Shown: positions 28,061-38,385, counted from the stretch's first letter. The stretch: 64,000 bases of DNA from Parasphingorhabdus sp. (GCA_047615875.1 JBLHGU010000001.1:1647-65646), one strand, 5' to 3'. Made by a program: numbers and translations. Notes: generated by a model not told the origin, from the sequence alone.

Positions 28061-28648
28061 TTGTCCACCCTCATTCATTTGAAAATCAAGATAATAGTTG
28101 ACTTTTTGAATAAACCCACTACATCGCTAAGTTATCGCAGGAAATTTTTGAGTGCTACAGCAGCTACATTTTCCGCTGGACTTGTTATTCCGAGGCAGTG
28201 GGTTAAGCCAGTCGTGGAAACTGTGGTACTACCAGCTCATGCACAGACAACCACCCAGGATGATGATCCCCCTGGCCCCTCTTGTACGTTGGCATGTAGT
28301 AATGTAATCCTTGAAATTCTTCTGTCGGTTTCAGGTGATAGAATTACCGATACCACGGATGTTATTACTCTGCAGTATAGATTGACGAACAACAGCTGCG
28401 AGGCAATTGATACGACTGAAGATTTCCACATTGCAAATTCAGAGCCAAATGGATTTCCTGATTCGTTAATTGAGCTAGAAACGTTAGGTGTGGTAAATCC
28501 TTATACTACGGCTACAACAACAGGTCTTATGAGTCCAATATCTGATTGTGATGTAGAGGCTGTCTGGCGACTAGATTTCAGCGTGAATGATATCGCATGT
28601 CCACAAGTATCAGCATCCCTTCCTTGTGATACATTCGATTCGGGCTAA
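28061..28648 (+). CDS. Tat-signal-bearing Cys-rich secreted hypothetical protein
   Basis: Twin-arginine motif SYRRKFLSATAATFSAGLV followed by VLPAHAQTT. The mature part has 6 Cys. The start is uncertain (no ATG; TTG at 28061 or 28106). No family was recognised. Confidence 0.45.
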   Translation: MSTLIHLKIKIIVDFLNKPTTSLSYRRKFLSATAATFSAGLVIPRQWVKPVVETVVLPAHAQTTTQDDDPPGPSCTLACSNVILEILLSVSGDRITDTTDVITLQYRLTNNSCEAIDTTEDFHIANSEPNGFPDSLIELETLGVVNPYTTATTTGLMSPISDCDVEAVWRLDFSVNDIACPQVSASLPCDTFDSG

Positions 28649-28832
28649 TTGGACTTTCCTTTAGTTATAAACGACTGTCGACTATAGGTATATCATGTTC
28701 AAAAACAGAATTTTCAACAGAATAGGCAACTAGCAAACTTTGAGCGCAGTTTCGAGAACCTGCGCTTTCAGGATGTCAGGCAATGCCATGTCTCATCTTA
28801 AAACTGAAAGCCCAAGTCCAGGTTTTTACAAT

Positions 28833-29357
28833 TTAGGCGAGCTCTATTTTGACTGGTACGGCACGACTTAAGGTATGACCAACAGGTGATGTTTTAGTTA
28901 CTTTTTCGTGTAACGACTGTACCTCCTCCGGTGACGCGTCGCTGTCCAAGTTTACTTTTACAGTGATGCCACTGTAGCCCGCGTTGCCACTTGCTAGTCC
29001 CAAAAAAGTATGCAGATCAAGATCACCCTCAAGTTCGATGGAAAGATCTTTGATTGTGATTCCTGCAGCCGTAGCATTAGCAGCATATCCAACTGCAAGA
29101 CAGTTGCCCAATGCCCCGAGAACCTGTTCAACTGGATTCGGTCCTGTGTCAGTCCCACCCAAACCGCCGGGCTCATCAGACTTCATGGGCGAAAAATCTC
29201 GAATCTGGGCTTCGGAACGAAAACCACCTGTCCATTTTATTTGTGCGTTCCATTTTGTTGCGGCGATGTCAGGTTCTTTCTGTATCTTTCCGGCCAGCTC
29301 TCCCACGGCATCAATATTAACGTCGTTAAGGCGCATAGTAGTCGTGTCAGTCATCAT
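28833..29357 (-). CDS. OsmC/Ohr family protein
   Basis: 174 aa. GGTDTGPNPVEQVLGALGNCL and the C-terminal KTSPVGHTL are typical OsmC-fold motifs. Confidence 0.75.
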   Translation of the reverse strand: MMTDTTTMRLNDVNIDAVGELAGKIQKEPDIAATKWNAQIKWTGGFRSEAQIRDFSPMKSDEPGGLGGTDTGPNPVEQVLGALGNCLAVGYAANATAAGITIKDLSIELEGDLDLHTFLGLASGNAGYSGITVKVNLDSDASPEEVQSLHEKVTKTSPVGHTLSRAVPVKIELA

Positions 29358-29696
29358 TACTTACCTCCTAAGTATCAAGTTATTCAGATACGATAAATTA
29401 ATTAACAATACATAGCAATACATAATCAGGGCTGCACTTGGCCGATTTCTGGCATGTTGTGAGTTTCTCTGAATGGCAGAAATAGGCAAACAAGACACAT
29501 TCGTTGACTTTGCAAACGGGCAGTAGGATACTCATTTCGATCATTGATATCATCAGAGGAACGACTTTTACCTGTATCGTTGATAACATAGTTTTTAGCC
29601 TATCTGATCATGCAGAGGGAGACTGATCTATCGAAGATGTGCGAATTGCAGCCATGATCTATAGGTTTACTCTAATTCCAACTTGGAGAAATTAAG

Positions 29697-30365
29697 ATGC
29701 AAAATCTGCGCAAACTGGACCAAACTATTTCATTCCTACTTCTTGTTATTATTCTTATTATAGCTGGAGTTATTCAGTTAGCAGGCGCGAGTGAGACATC
29801 CAAGTTACCACCACCAATAGTCACCCATAAAGATGGATCAACCGATCAAGGGCACGTTGCGCATGGGGAGATCATATCCGGCGTCGATGAAACAAGAAAA
29901 GCGCTGCATGCGCAGCATCACCCTCATGGCGTTTTGGAAACACGAAGAATTCCGGGCAATTTCACGCCAGCGGCAATGACAGCAATTAGCGATTTTGCGT
30001 TGCCAAAAGACAAACTTATCGTCATAAATCCTGGTCCAGGCGAGTTTGTCCATGTGATGGAGGGTCAGCGGCACGGATACAAAAACCTGACTATAGGCAT
30101 TACCTATACAGCACCTGGCGGCGCGCCGCCCATGCACACTCATATCGGCGAAGAATCTCATGTATTAACCTCTAACCAGAAAGTTAAATATGCTTTGGGG
30201 GATGAGATTTTCGATTTACAGGGCCCCTATATCGTTAATATCCCGCCTATGGTACCGCACTCATTCCAGAATCTGGATGACGAAGTTGCCGAATTGGTAG
30301 TGATCTTTCCTACCAATGTTTGGGAATATGACGTTCTGGACTACTTCCCGTTTTCTAACGAGTAG
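29697..30365 (+). CDS. Membrane-anchored/secreted cupin domain protein
   Basis: 222 aa with an N-terminal hydrophobic anchor and a cupin motif (PPMHTHIGEESHVL ... PPMVPHSFQN). Confidence 0.6.
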   Translation: MQNLRKLDQTISFLLLVIILIIAGVIQLAGASETSKLPPPIVTHKDGSTDQGHVAHGEIISGVDETRKALHAQHHPHGVLETRRIPGNFTPAAMTAISDFALPKDKLIVINPGPGEFVHVMEGQRHGYKNLTIGITYTAPGGAPPMHTHIGEESHVLTSNQKVKYALGDEIFDLQGPYIVNIPPMVPHSFQNLDDEVAELVVIFPTNVWEYDVLDYFPFSNE

Positions 30366-30745
30366 AAAAGCGTCGGAAAAATGTAGTCAATGGCGTTGGA
30401 GTGCTCGATTTTCCCTATAACAGAATGGCTTTTCGGGGCAACTTTCTGCCGGTCACTTTACAAATCGATCAGGCAGTAACATACCCCAAACGTTCGTTCA
30501 AAAGCAAATGGGCCGCTTCCAAGCCACCAGTGAATATTAATATTTTTAGCTACTTACAAACCTGGTGACGACGTGTTCTTATACGTCAATATGACGTCTT
30601 ATCATGGTTATGTGGAGAGCGCTATCGATAAAACTGGCAACTCCGATTTAAAGAATAGATAATTAATTTTTCTTTTCGGGAAATGAGTCAACTAACAAGT
30701 CTGTTAGTCAGTAAGCAAAATAAAAATAATATGGGAGAATACAAT

Positions 30746-31277
30746 ATGATTTCTGTAGCAGCTGTCCAGCACCCATCTAATTACCTAAATCGAGGTGGTT
30801 GTCTTGAACGGGCTGTCGAGATAATCAAACAGGCTGCGAACGACAATATAGAACTTCTTGTTTTTCCTAAAGGATGGTTGCCTGGATATCCAATGTTTGT
30901 TTGGAAATGACTCCGACAACAATTCGGGTGAGTTCGATCAGTTTTATCGGCGGCTTTTTTCAAATTCAATTGACCTGTCCAAAGATCAGCTGGCGCCGGT
31001 TCGAGAGGCTGCACGCGAATATGGCGTAGTTGTGGTGTGTGTAAATGAGTGTGCCGGAGAATTGAGCGCAGGCACTATTTACAATACGGCGGTAACGATA
31101 GACACCACTGGCGAAATACTAAATGTTCACAGAAAAGTGATGCCGACCAATGCTGAACGCACGGTTTGGGGGTTTGGCGATGGTCACTACTCACGTCTGG
31201 ATATTTTTAAGCTTGAGGTAGACCGCCAACCTAGAACACCCGTTACCTTCATTACTTCCAATCATTCAGAGATTTGA
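30746..31277 (+). pseudogene. Nitrilase / C-N hydrolase family gene remnant (active-site substitution, frameshift, 3' truncation)
   Basis: MISVAAVQHPS...ELLVFPKGWLPGYP has the catalytic FPE Glu read as Lys. The frame changes near 30900-30910, then continues as ...IYNTAVTIDTTGEILNVHRKVMPTNAERTVWGFGDGH. Similarity ends before the CWE Cys motif. Confidence 0.7.
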
Positions 31278-31551
31278 TACCAAGCCTCAGAAATTGATAC
31301 CGTGGTTAAACTTGTTTCAAATGTGCACATGACCAGTGCCTCACAAGACCAACTTTGGGCTGGAACTGGGTACACAACGTTTTGTCAGCTTAAATGTAGT
31401 TCCAATATTTCCGCGTCCAGTTTAATTGACCGTCGGTGAAGGTTTGTGTCGTCATCTTTTTACAGCAATTGTTAACATGCTGGGTTTATTGAACGATTGT
31501 TAAGATCCACCAAACGATAGAAGATGATGCTAAAAAACATAGAGATACCTA

Positions 31552-32112
31552 GTGCTTAGCAATACATATATACGTCACTTATTACGTTCGTGGCTTATGC
31601 TTGCATTAATTATGCTGGCCACAGAGATTGTAGCTACAGAACTACCAGAAATCCCTAATACGAAGGTTTACTCGTCTTCGCTCATATCCGCAGGACAACC
31701 TGATAAAAGTCAATTTACTGAGATAGCAAATTCCGGTATCCAGGTGGTTATCAACCTCGCTCCGAAGAACTTACCAAAGTCACTCAAGAACGAAGAAAAA
31801 TTAGTCCAATCGAATGGAATGAGTTATTTCTTTATTCCAATAGACTGGGGGAAGCCAACTCAGGAAGATTTTGTTCATTTTCTTGAGGTCATGGAATCAG
31901 TAGTAGGAAAGAAAGTTCTTGTCCATTGTTGGGTTAATGCCAGGGCATCCGCGTTTGTCTATCTTTATCGCGTACTTCGTCAAGATCAACCTCAAGATGC
32001 AGAATTTGCTAACCTTGAAAGAATTTGGGAAAGCAATGAAGGGTATGAGTTGCGAAATGTCCCCCGATGGGGGGAGTATCTCGATAAGATATTGGCGCGA
32101 TATCGTAATTAG
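31552..32112 (+). CDS. DUF442 / non-classical PTP-like phosphatase fold protein, secreted or membrane-anchored
   Basis: 186 aa with an N-terminal hydrophobic segment. The loop VLVHCWVNARAS is a C-x4-R loop, one residue shorter than the classical CX5R, as described for the DUF442 family (Neisseria NMA1982, from memory). Confidence 0.5.
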   Translation: MLSNTYIRHLLRSWLMLALIMLATEIVATELPEIPNTKVYSSSLISAGQPDKSQFTEIANSGIQVVINLAPKNLPKSLKNEEKLVQSNGMSYFFIPIDWGKPTQEDFVHFLEVMESVVGKKVLVHCWVNARASAFVYLYRVLRQDQPQDAEFANLERIWESNEGYELRNVPRWGEYLDKILARYRN

Positions 32113-32263
32113 ATAAAGATTAGGCAGCGCATAGACTTCCGTCATTTTTTTATAACAAAGTTGAATAAATGACCGCTATGGGTGGTGAAATTCGGATGGT
32201 CGTTGCCCGATCATATTCCGACTTGATCGATGGACGAGTGAAATCTAATTTAAGTTACAACAC

Positions 32264-33340
32264 TTAAGGCGTCTTTATCACACCACGTTGAACCTGATCT
32301 CGTTCGATAGACTCGAATAGTGCCTTAAAATTTCCTTCACCAAAACCATCGTCCTTTTTGCGTTGAATAAACTCAAAAAATACGGGTCCCAAAACTGTTT
32401 TGGAAAAAATTTGTAGCAACAATCTGGGATCTGAATTCTTGGTGGATCCATCAAGAAGAATACCACGTTCTTTCAGTTCTTCTACGGGTTCTCCGTGGCT
32501 GGGAAGGCGTTCCTCCAGCATGTCATAGTAGGTATCGGGTGGTGGATTCATGAATGGAACGTTATTTTTCTTGAGTCGATCCCAGCATGCAGGCAAATCA
32601 TCGCAAGCCAGGGCGATATGCTGAATGCCTTCACCGTTAAAGGCCATAAGAAATTCTTCAATTTGACCGCTGCCACCGGCTCCTTCCTCGTTAAGTGGAA
32701 TGCGAATCTTGCCGTCTGGCGCGGTCATGGCCTGGGATGTTAGTCCTGTGTATTCGCCCTTAATGTCGAAGTATCTAAGCTCGCGAAAATTAAATAGTTT
32801 CTCGTAATAGTTAGCCCAAAACTCCATGCGACCGCGATAGACATTGTGGGTAAGGTGGTCGATGGTGTGGAAGCCACAGCCCATTGGGTTTCGATCAATG
32901 CAGTCGAAAAACTCAAAGTCAATATCGTAGATAGATGAGCCTTCTTTATATCGATCTATTAGATAAATCGGCGCACCACCAATTCCCTTGATGGCGGGCA
33001 ATCGCAGCTCCATTGGTCCCGTTGGGATTTCGATGGGTTGCGCGCCTAATTCCAGCGCTTTGTTATAGGCCTGATGAGAGTTGTTGACTCTGAAAGCCAT
33101 TCCACAGGCTGAAGGACCATGTTCCTCCGCAAAATAGCTGGCAAGACTGCCGGGCTCTTCATTGATGATGAAGTTGATGCCGCCCTGTCGATACAGCGAA
33201 GCTTGCTTGGATCGATGATTGGCGATGTGGCTGAAGCCAAGTGAGGTGAAAAGGTCTTGTAGAATGTTTTCCTTCGGGGATGCGAATTCAACGAACTCGA
33301 ATCCCTGAAGACCCATTGGGTTTTCGAAGATGTCAGTCAT
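32264..33340 (-). CDS. hppD: 4-hydroxyphenylpyruvate dioxygenase
   Basis: 358 aa. [22 protein letters not shown]..., [10 protein letters not shown] and the C-terminal [17 protein letters not shown] are hallmark HPPD sequences. Confidence 0.9.
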   Translation of the reverse strand: MTDIFENPMGLQGFEFVEFASPKENILQDLFTSLGFSHIANHRSKQASLYRQGGINFIINEEPGSLASYFAEEHGPSACGMAFRVNNSHQAYNKALELGAQPIEIPTGPMELRLPAIKGIGGAPIYLIDRYKEGSSIYDIDFEFFDCIDRNPMGCGFHTIDHLTHNVYRGRMEFWANYYEKLFNFRELRYFDIKGEYTGLTSQAMTAPDGKIRIPLNEEGAGGSGQIEEFLMAFNGEGIQHIALACDDLPACWDRLKKNNVPFMNPPPDTYYDMLEERLPSHGEPVEELKERGILLDGSTKNSDPRLLLQIFSKTVLGPVFFEFIQRKKDDGFGEGNFKALFESIERDQVQRGVIKTP

Positions 33341-33495
33341 AATATTTGCTCAGTAGTTATGGGGAAACTCTGGTTATTGCAGAGTTTCCGTAGATAAGTG
33401 TGTTGGAATTACAACTGTGCCGGCGGTGCACAGGGCAGGCCTCATACACTATTGGCTAGATATTGAGCAATAATTAGGAAAATCATTCTGAAGAT

Positions 33496-34242
33496 TTAAT
33501 CTGTGCTAACAACAAGGTTGTGAGCTTCGTCTGGAGAGCCGCTTATAAGTTTTCTTACGGTGGCCTTAGGGGAATCGATTGTCACTGCAAATTGATCCGA
33601 TTCCAGGTAGCCAAGGATTTCAAATCCGGTCTGGAATTTACCTTGCTCGTCTGTTTGCGTGGCCTCGAGCTGGTCATTTCTCAGGTTGCGTATAAAAATA
33701 TTGTGACCGGCCACGGGACCGATATCGGAGACCAGCTGGCCTTCGAATTTAAGCGTTGATCGGGCTGACTTGCTTTGTTCGACAACAGGATAGCCATTAT
33801 CTTTCCAATACCAGTATCCCTCATAAAGGACGCGAACATCGCTAAAGCCTTTCTCGCGTAATTGTTCAGCCACTAACCCTGATAGATGTCGAGGGCAACC
33901 GCAATAGGTCACAATCAAGCCGGATTTATTGTTGCCTGCCAGTTTGCTGACGTCTTCGTCAGTGTATTCTCCATAAGGTAATGAGCTTGCGCTTACAATA
34001 TGGCTTTCTTCAAAGGAGGCAATGGCCCTTACATCAAGTATCGGTGGCGCAGCATTGTCTTTTATGAGGCTGGATAAAAATTCTGCGGAAATAAATCCCT
34101 TGCTATCCGGGTCAACTTCTTCGGCGGCTGTTGTGACTATTTCTGGCTGTGTCGGTTCACTGACTGTGGCGTCGCAGGCACCCAGAACCAGGCAGGAAAT
34201 TATTCCAAGACATCGAAAAAGAGAGTTTTGATTGAAAATCAT
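33496..34242 (-). CDS. Rhodanese-domain lipoprotein with C-terminal beta-sandwich domain
   Basis: Lipobox LVLGAC, a rhodanese active-site loop (VTYCGCPRHLSG), and a C-terminal carboxypeptidase-regulatory-like segment. Confidence 0.65.
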   Translation of the reverse strand: MIFNQNSLFRCLGIISCLVLGACDATVSEPTQPEIVTTAAEEVDPDSKGFISAEFLSSLIKDNAAPPILDVRAIASFEESHIVSASSLPYGEYTDEDVSKLAGNNKSGLIVTYCGCPRHLSGLVAEQLREKGFSDVRVLYEGYWYWKDNGYPVVEQSKSARSTLKFEGQLVSDIGPVAGHNIFIRNLRNDQLEATQTDEQGKFQTGFEILGYLESDQFAVTIDSPKATVRKLISGSPDEAHNLVVSTD

Positions 34243-34348
34243 ATTTGAAATGCTAATAAGTTAGTCTAAAGTACTCGTCTCAGGGGAGCTGACTCCTCCC
34301 AGATCGAAACGATTGTATCGTGAAAGCTATACGCGAATTCTACCACTA

Positions 34349-35416
34349 ATGAAAACAAAAGCATTTCAACAACACATAGATCATGCGGCCGCCTGGCGCG
34401 CAGATCAATTTAACTGGGCAGACGTTATCTTTGAATTCAGTGTCGAGCATCGGAGAGTTCTCGAATCGGCGCTAGCGAAGGTGAATCACGCGGGGCTTAA
34501 GTTAGAAGAAATTAGTTCAGATAATTTTGACCTATCAGAAATGGCGGAGGATCTGTCGGACTGGTACGACAGGGTGATGCATGGGTCCGGCTTAGTCCTG
34601 TTAGAGGGGTTCCCGGTTGAGCAATATTCTACCGAGAACCTGGAGCGTATGTATTGGGGCTTTGGTTGCTACTTTGGTCAAGGAGTTTCGCAGTCGGTGC
34701 TGGGGGATATCGTTGGTCATGTTACTGATATGGCGGGTAAGGACCCTAATGAACGAGCTTATCGCAGTAGTCTTGAGTTGCCACCCCATACTGACCATAC
34801 AGACATTATTGGCATGCTATCGATTCGCGCAGCGAAACAGGGCGGCCTGAGTACTTATACCAGTGCTTTGGCTATGCATAATGAATTGTTGGAGCATCAC
34901 CCCGAGTTGCTGGAGCCACTTTATCAGGGCTACTACATGCACCTGTTTGGCGAACAGGAGCCGGAACAGCCTCCGGTTACTCCTTATCGGGTGCCCGTGT
35001 TGTTTGAAAAAGACGGTTTTGTCAGCGCTAGAATTGTTCCTGAATATATCGACATGGCAGAGGTGGAACTTGATGAGCCCATGTCTGCTCTTGAAAGGGC
35101 TGCCTTTGACGAATTCGTTCGGTTATCTCAGGATCCGAGCTTACAGGTTTCCATTATGCTGCAACCTGGTGATATAACCTTAACCAACAACCATACAATT
35201 CTTCATTCAAGAACGGCTTTCTTTGATCACGATGAAATGGAGCATAGGCGTTACTTATTGCGATTGTGGTTAGTTGCTCCTGATCAAAGACCGCTGCCTG
35301 AAGAATTGCAGGAAGTACATAGTAAGGGCATAGATATACAACCCGGTCGTGATACCTACTTTGAAGGTGAGACCGCGACCGTGGCTAATCGAGGTCGCTA
35401 TGGTGCGAGTGATTAG
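34349..35416 (+). CDS. TauD/TfdA family Fe(II)/2-oxoglutarate-dependent dioxygenase
   Basis: HxD facial triad (PPHTDHTD), distal His (NNHTILHSRTAF) and RRYLLRLW, which fit the clavaminate-synthase-like fold. The ATG at 34349 is preferred over the TTG at 34313. Confidence 0.7.
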   Translation: MKTKAFQQHIDHAAAWRADQFNWADVIFEFSVEHRRVLESALAKVNHAGLKLEEISSDNFDLSEMAEDLSDWYDRVMHGSGLVLLEGFPVEQYSTENLERMYWGFGCYFGQGVSQSVLGDIVGHVTDMAGKDPNERAYRSSLELPPHTDHTDIIGMLSIRAAKQGGLSTYTSALAMHNELLEHHPELLEPLYQGYYMHLFGEQEPEQPPVTPYRVPVLFEKDGFVSARIVPEYIDMAEVELDEPMSALERAAFDEFVRLSQDPSLQVSIMLQPGDITLTNNHTILHSRTAFFDHDEMEHRRYLLRLWLVAPDQRPLPEELQEVHSKGIDIQPGRDTYFEGETATVANRGRYGASD

Positions 35417-35417
35417 A

Positions 35418-37028
35418 TTATTCGGTCTTGCATAGTTTGAAGGAAGTTTCTAATTTCTCATTGAGTAAGGAAGAATACTGGTTGCCTGTCCAGTGTTTGT
35501 CGTCTTGTTTCGGGAAGTCGCTGCGATAATGAGCACCTCTGGATTCTTTTCGCAAAAGTGCAGCCTGAACTACTGCACTAGCTGTCATTAGCATATGATG
35601 TAGTTGATGGTTCGCTGCAGTGCTAGGTTCTGAAGAACTAGCTTCTGCCTTCATTATTTTCTCAAGTTCAAGTTTGGCCTTCTCAAGGCCAGAAGCATCT
35701 CTTGACACACCAACATAATTTCCCATTGTTCTCCTTATATTCTGAGCGGTGTGAGGATTATTTTGTGTGCAGGATATATTGTGCTCAAACTGTTCCGTTA
35801 AGGAATTTGATGAAGGCTTCTGGCTCGCATAGTCCGCCGCTGATTGGCCCGCTATCCAGCCGGTAACGTTTGCCTCCATCAGGCTATTGGAGGCGAGCCG
35901 GTTTGCACCATGCAATCCACCAATTGCTTCGCCTGCTGCAAATAGTCCGACTTTTGCCTGCATCGTAAGATCAACAACAATGCCGCCGAGACAGGTATGG
36001 GCTGAAGGAGCCGTTTGCAGTAGGTCGTGTTGTGGGTCGATGCCATTACTCTTACACAGCTCTAAAAAGCCGGGTCTGTGCTGATCCAGTACATCAATGG
36101 GTACGGATCGAAGATCCAGGTAAACACCGTCCTGCTCAGACCCGCCACCAGCCATGACTTCCCGATGTATAGATCGCGCCAAAGTTGCTCGATCGGATTG
36201 TTCCAGTAATTTGGTATCATATTTCTGCATAAATCGTTCACCGTGACAATTAGTCAGAGTGACTCCAGGCAGAGTTAGCAGTGTGCCTACTATGGTGTGG
36301 CCTTTAAGAGAATCAGGAAAGGCGAATGCGGTTGGAGTGAACTGGATAAACTCCATGTCGCGTAGTTTGCAACCAGCCATTAATGCCAACGCATAGGAAC
36401 TGCCACATAGAGTTGGATCATTAGAATTAACCGGGTACAACGGTGCACAACCGCCACTGGCTATCACAACAGATTTGGCTGTGATTCGATATTCCTGTTT
36501 ATGCCTGCTATCGAATACCTGTGCACCAGCTACATTACCGTTTTCATCGTTAAGTAAATAAAGAGCGTGGTTGGCGGTTTTTATCTCCACCCCTTGTGAT
36601 TCACACTCTCGCCCAAGGGTTGTCATCAAATGCGCCATGCCAAGGGAATATTGAATAGACCGAATTTGACTGTGAACAGGAACCTTGTGCAGTACAAATT
36701 GCTCTTCGGTTCTAATAAAGTCTGGCGCTATTTCAGCCAACTCTAGAAAACGTTCCGCTGCCAGTGAAGTGATCTGCTCGACCAGTGATCGATCAGATAG
36801 ATCATAACCAGAACTTTGGATATCTTTGCTATGAATGGAGGGGCTGTCGGCAGGGCCAATAGCCGTAGCGAAACCGCCGGAAGCCCGCGACGAATTACCA
36901 CTGTGACCTGGCTTAGAGCCACAAATCAGAAGGCTTTTGTAGCCTCTGCTACCTGCAGCAATAGCCGCTCTACAGCCGGCTAACCCACCACCAATGACCA
37001 ACACGTCTGTTTGTAGGGATTTGTACAT
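35418..37028 (-). CDS. FAD flavoprotein of the L-aspartate oxidase / fumarate reductase / succinate dehydrogenase family
   Basis: 536 aa. DVLVIGGGLAGCRAA dinucleotide fold, GLHGANRLASNSLMEANV and RKESRGAHYRSDFP motifs. It stands alone, with no Fe-S or membrane subunits nearby. Confidence 0.75.
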   Translation of the reverse strand: MYKSLQTDVLVIGGGLAGCRAAIAAGSRGYKSLLICGSKPGHSGNSSRASGGFATAIGPADSPSIHSKDIQSSGYDLSDRSLVEQITSLAAERFLELAEIAPDFIRTEEQFVLHKVPVHSQIRSIQYSLGMAHLMTTLGRECESQGVEIKTANHALYLLNDENGNVAGAQVFDSRHKQEYRITAKSVVIASGGCAPLYPVNSNDPTLCGSSYALALMAGCKLRDMEFIQFTPTAFAFPDSLKGHTIVGTLLTLPGVTLTNCHGERFMQKYDTKLLEQSDRATLARSIHREVMAGGGSEQDGVYLDLRSVPIDVLDQHRPGFLELCKSNGIDPQHDLLQTAPSAHTCLGGIVVDLTMQAKVGLFAAGEAIGGLHGANRLASNSLMEANVTGWIAGQSAADYASQKPSSNSLTEQFEHNISCTQNNPHTAQNIRRTMGNYVGVSRDASGLEKAKLELEKIMKAEASSSEPSTAANHQLHHMLMTASAVVQAALLRKESRGAHYRSDFPKQDDKHWTGNQYSSLLNEKLETSFKLCKTE

Positions 37029-37074
37029 TATTTCGATATCCAGAATTTAAGTTGAACAATTTAAACTCAGTATC

Positions 37075-38385
37075 TCAGGCCGGCAGAATAACCGCGTTTA
37101 CACTGCCAAAACCAATTCGTGCCGCTCCTTCGGCCTGGCAAAATCCAGACATGGTCACGAGATCCCCGTCCTCAAGAAAGCTGCGTAATTCTCCATTGGG
37201 CAATTGCAGGGGGCTCTTGCCGCCTTTGGAGAGTTCCAGCATAGAACCCAACTCACCTTCGTTCGGGCCCGACTGCGTTCCACTGCCAATAAAGTCACCA
37301 GGCCTCAGGTTGCAGCCGTTGATAGTATGGTGGGCTATCATTTGTGCAACCGTCCAGTAGGAGTGACGAAAGCTGGTGTGGGAAAGCTTAGCGGCAGCTT
37401 CGCCCTCGTTGAGCATTTTTTCAGTCGCCAGGCTAACCTCAAGTTGAATATCGATTGATCCCTGCTGACGATTCAATTCTGACTCGAGGTAGGGCAGGGG
37501 CTGCGGATCTTCCAGATTCCGGTTCCATGTGCATCTGTAAGGCGCTAAAGCTTCCAGTGTGACAATCCAGGGTGAGACGGTGGAGGCAAAGTTTTTTGCC
37601 AGAAAAGGCCCAAGAGGTTGATATTCCCAGGCCTGAATGTCTCTGGCTGACCAGTCATTGAACAGGCAAAGTCCAAATACATGATCGTCTGTATTATTTA
37701 AATCAATAGACGTTCCTGAGTCGTTGCCACTGCCAATATAAATGCCCAGTTCCATTTCATAGTCGAGGCGTCGACAGGCGCCGACTGCGGGAGTTTCGGA
37801 ATCTGGTGCCTTTAGTTGGCCTTTAGGTCGTTTGAAGGCATGCCCGGAGATCTCGATTGAAGATGATCGGCCATGGTAGCCGATAGGTAGCCATTTATAA
37901 TTTGGTAACAGCGGGTTATCTGGTCGAAATTGTTTGCCGACATTGGTGGCATGGAAGAGTGATGTGTAGAAGTCGGTGTAATCGCCAATCTGTGCGGGTA
38001 CCTGGTACTCCACAGTAGATTGTGGAAGCAGGCATTCACCTAAAAGCGTTTGTTCTGCTGCACCGGTCCGCAGAGCTCTCGAAAGCGCTAGTCTTAATGC
38101 GCTCCAGCTGTCTTTGCCCAGCGCCATAAATTCGTTTAGAACTGATTCAGAGCAAGCGCTGGCTGCGGTATGCGCAAGACCGGAGAGTATTTCTTTCTCA
38201 GCTACTACTGATAAATCGATTACCTGATCCCCAATAGCAACCCCACCGCGAAACTTGCCTGCATTGCCGGATACTCTAAAACTGGCAAAGGGTAGATTCT
38301 GAATGGGGAAATCAGTATCAGTACTATTGGCGGAGTCTACCCAGCAGGTTAGGCTGGTGTCATGAGTTTCGTTGGTAACTATCAT
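37075..38385 (-). CDS. fahA: Fumarylacetoacetase
   Basis: 436 aa. The N-terminal DFPIQNLPFASFR, the FAH-fold motifs (DYEMELGIYIG, FNDWSARDIQAWEYQPLGPF) and the length fit fumarylacetoacetate hydrolase. Confidence 0.85.
   Translation of the reverse strand: MIVTNETHDTSLTCWVDSANSTDTDFPIQNLPFASFRVSGNAGKFRGGVAIGDQVIDLSVVAEKEILSGLAHTAASACSESVLNEFMALGKDSWSALRLALSRALRTGAAEQTLLGECLLPQSTVEYQVPAQIGDYTDFYTSLFHATNVGKQFRPDNPLLPNYKWLPIGYHGRSSSIEISGHAFKRPKGQLKAPDSETPAVGACRRLDYEMELGIYIGSGNDSGTSIDLNNTDDHVFGLCLFNDWSARDIQAWEYQPLGPFLAKNFASTVSPWIVTLEALAPYRCTWNRNLEDPQPLPYLESELNRQQGSIDIQLEVSLATEKMLNEGEAAAKLSHTSFRHSYWTVAQMIAHHTINGCNLRPGDFIGSGTQSGPNEGELGSMLELSKGGKSPLQLPNGELRSFLEDGDLVTMSGFCQAEGAARIGFGSVNAVILPA

Noticed and set aside
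28742-28768. A hairpin AGCGCAG-N10-CTGCGCT between the convergent genes 28061-28648 and 28833-29357, as a possible bidirectional terminator.
   Set aside because: There is no convincing U-tract on either side and the loop is long. It is not reported as a feature.
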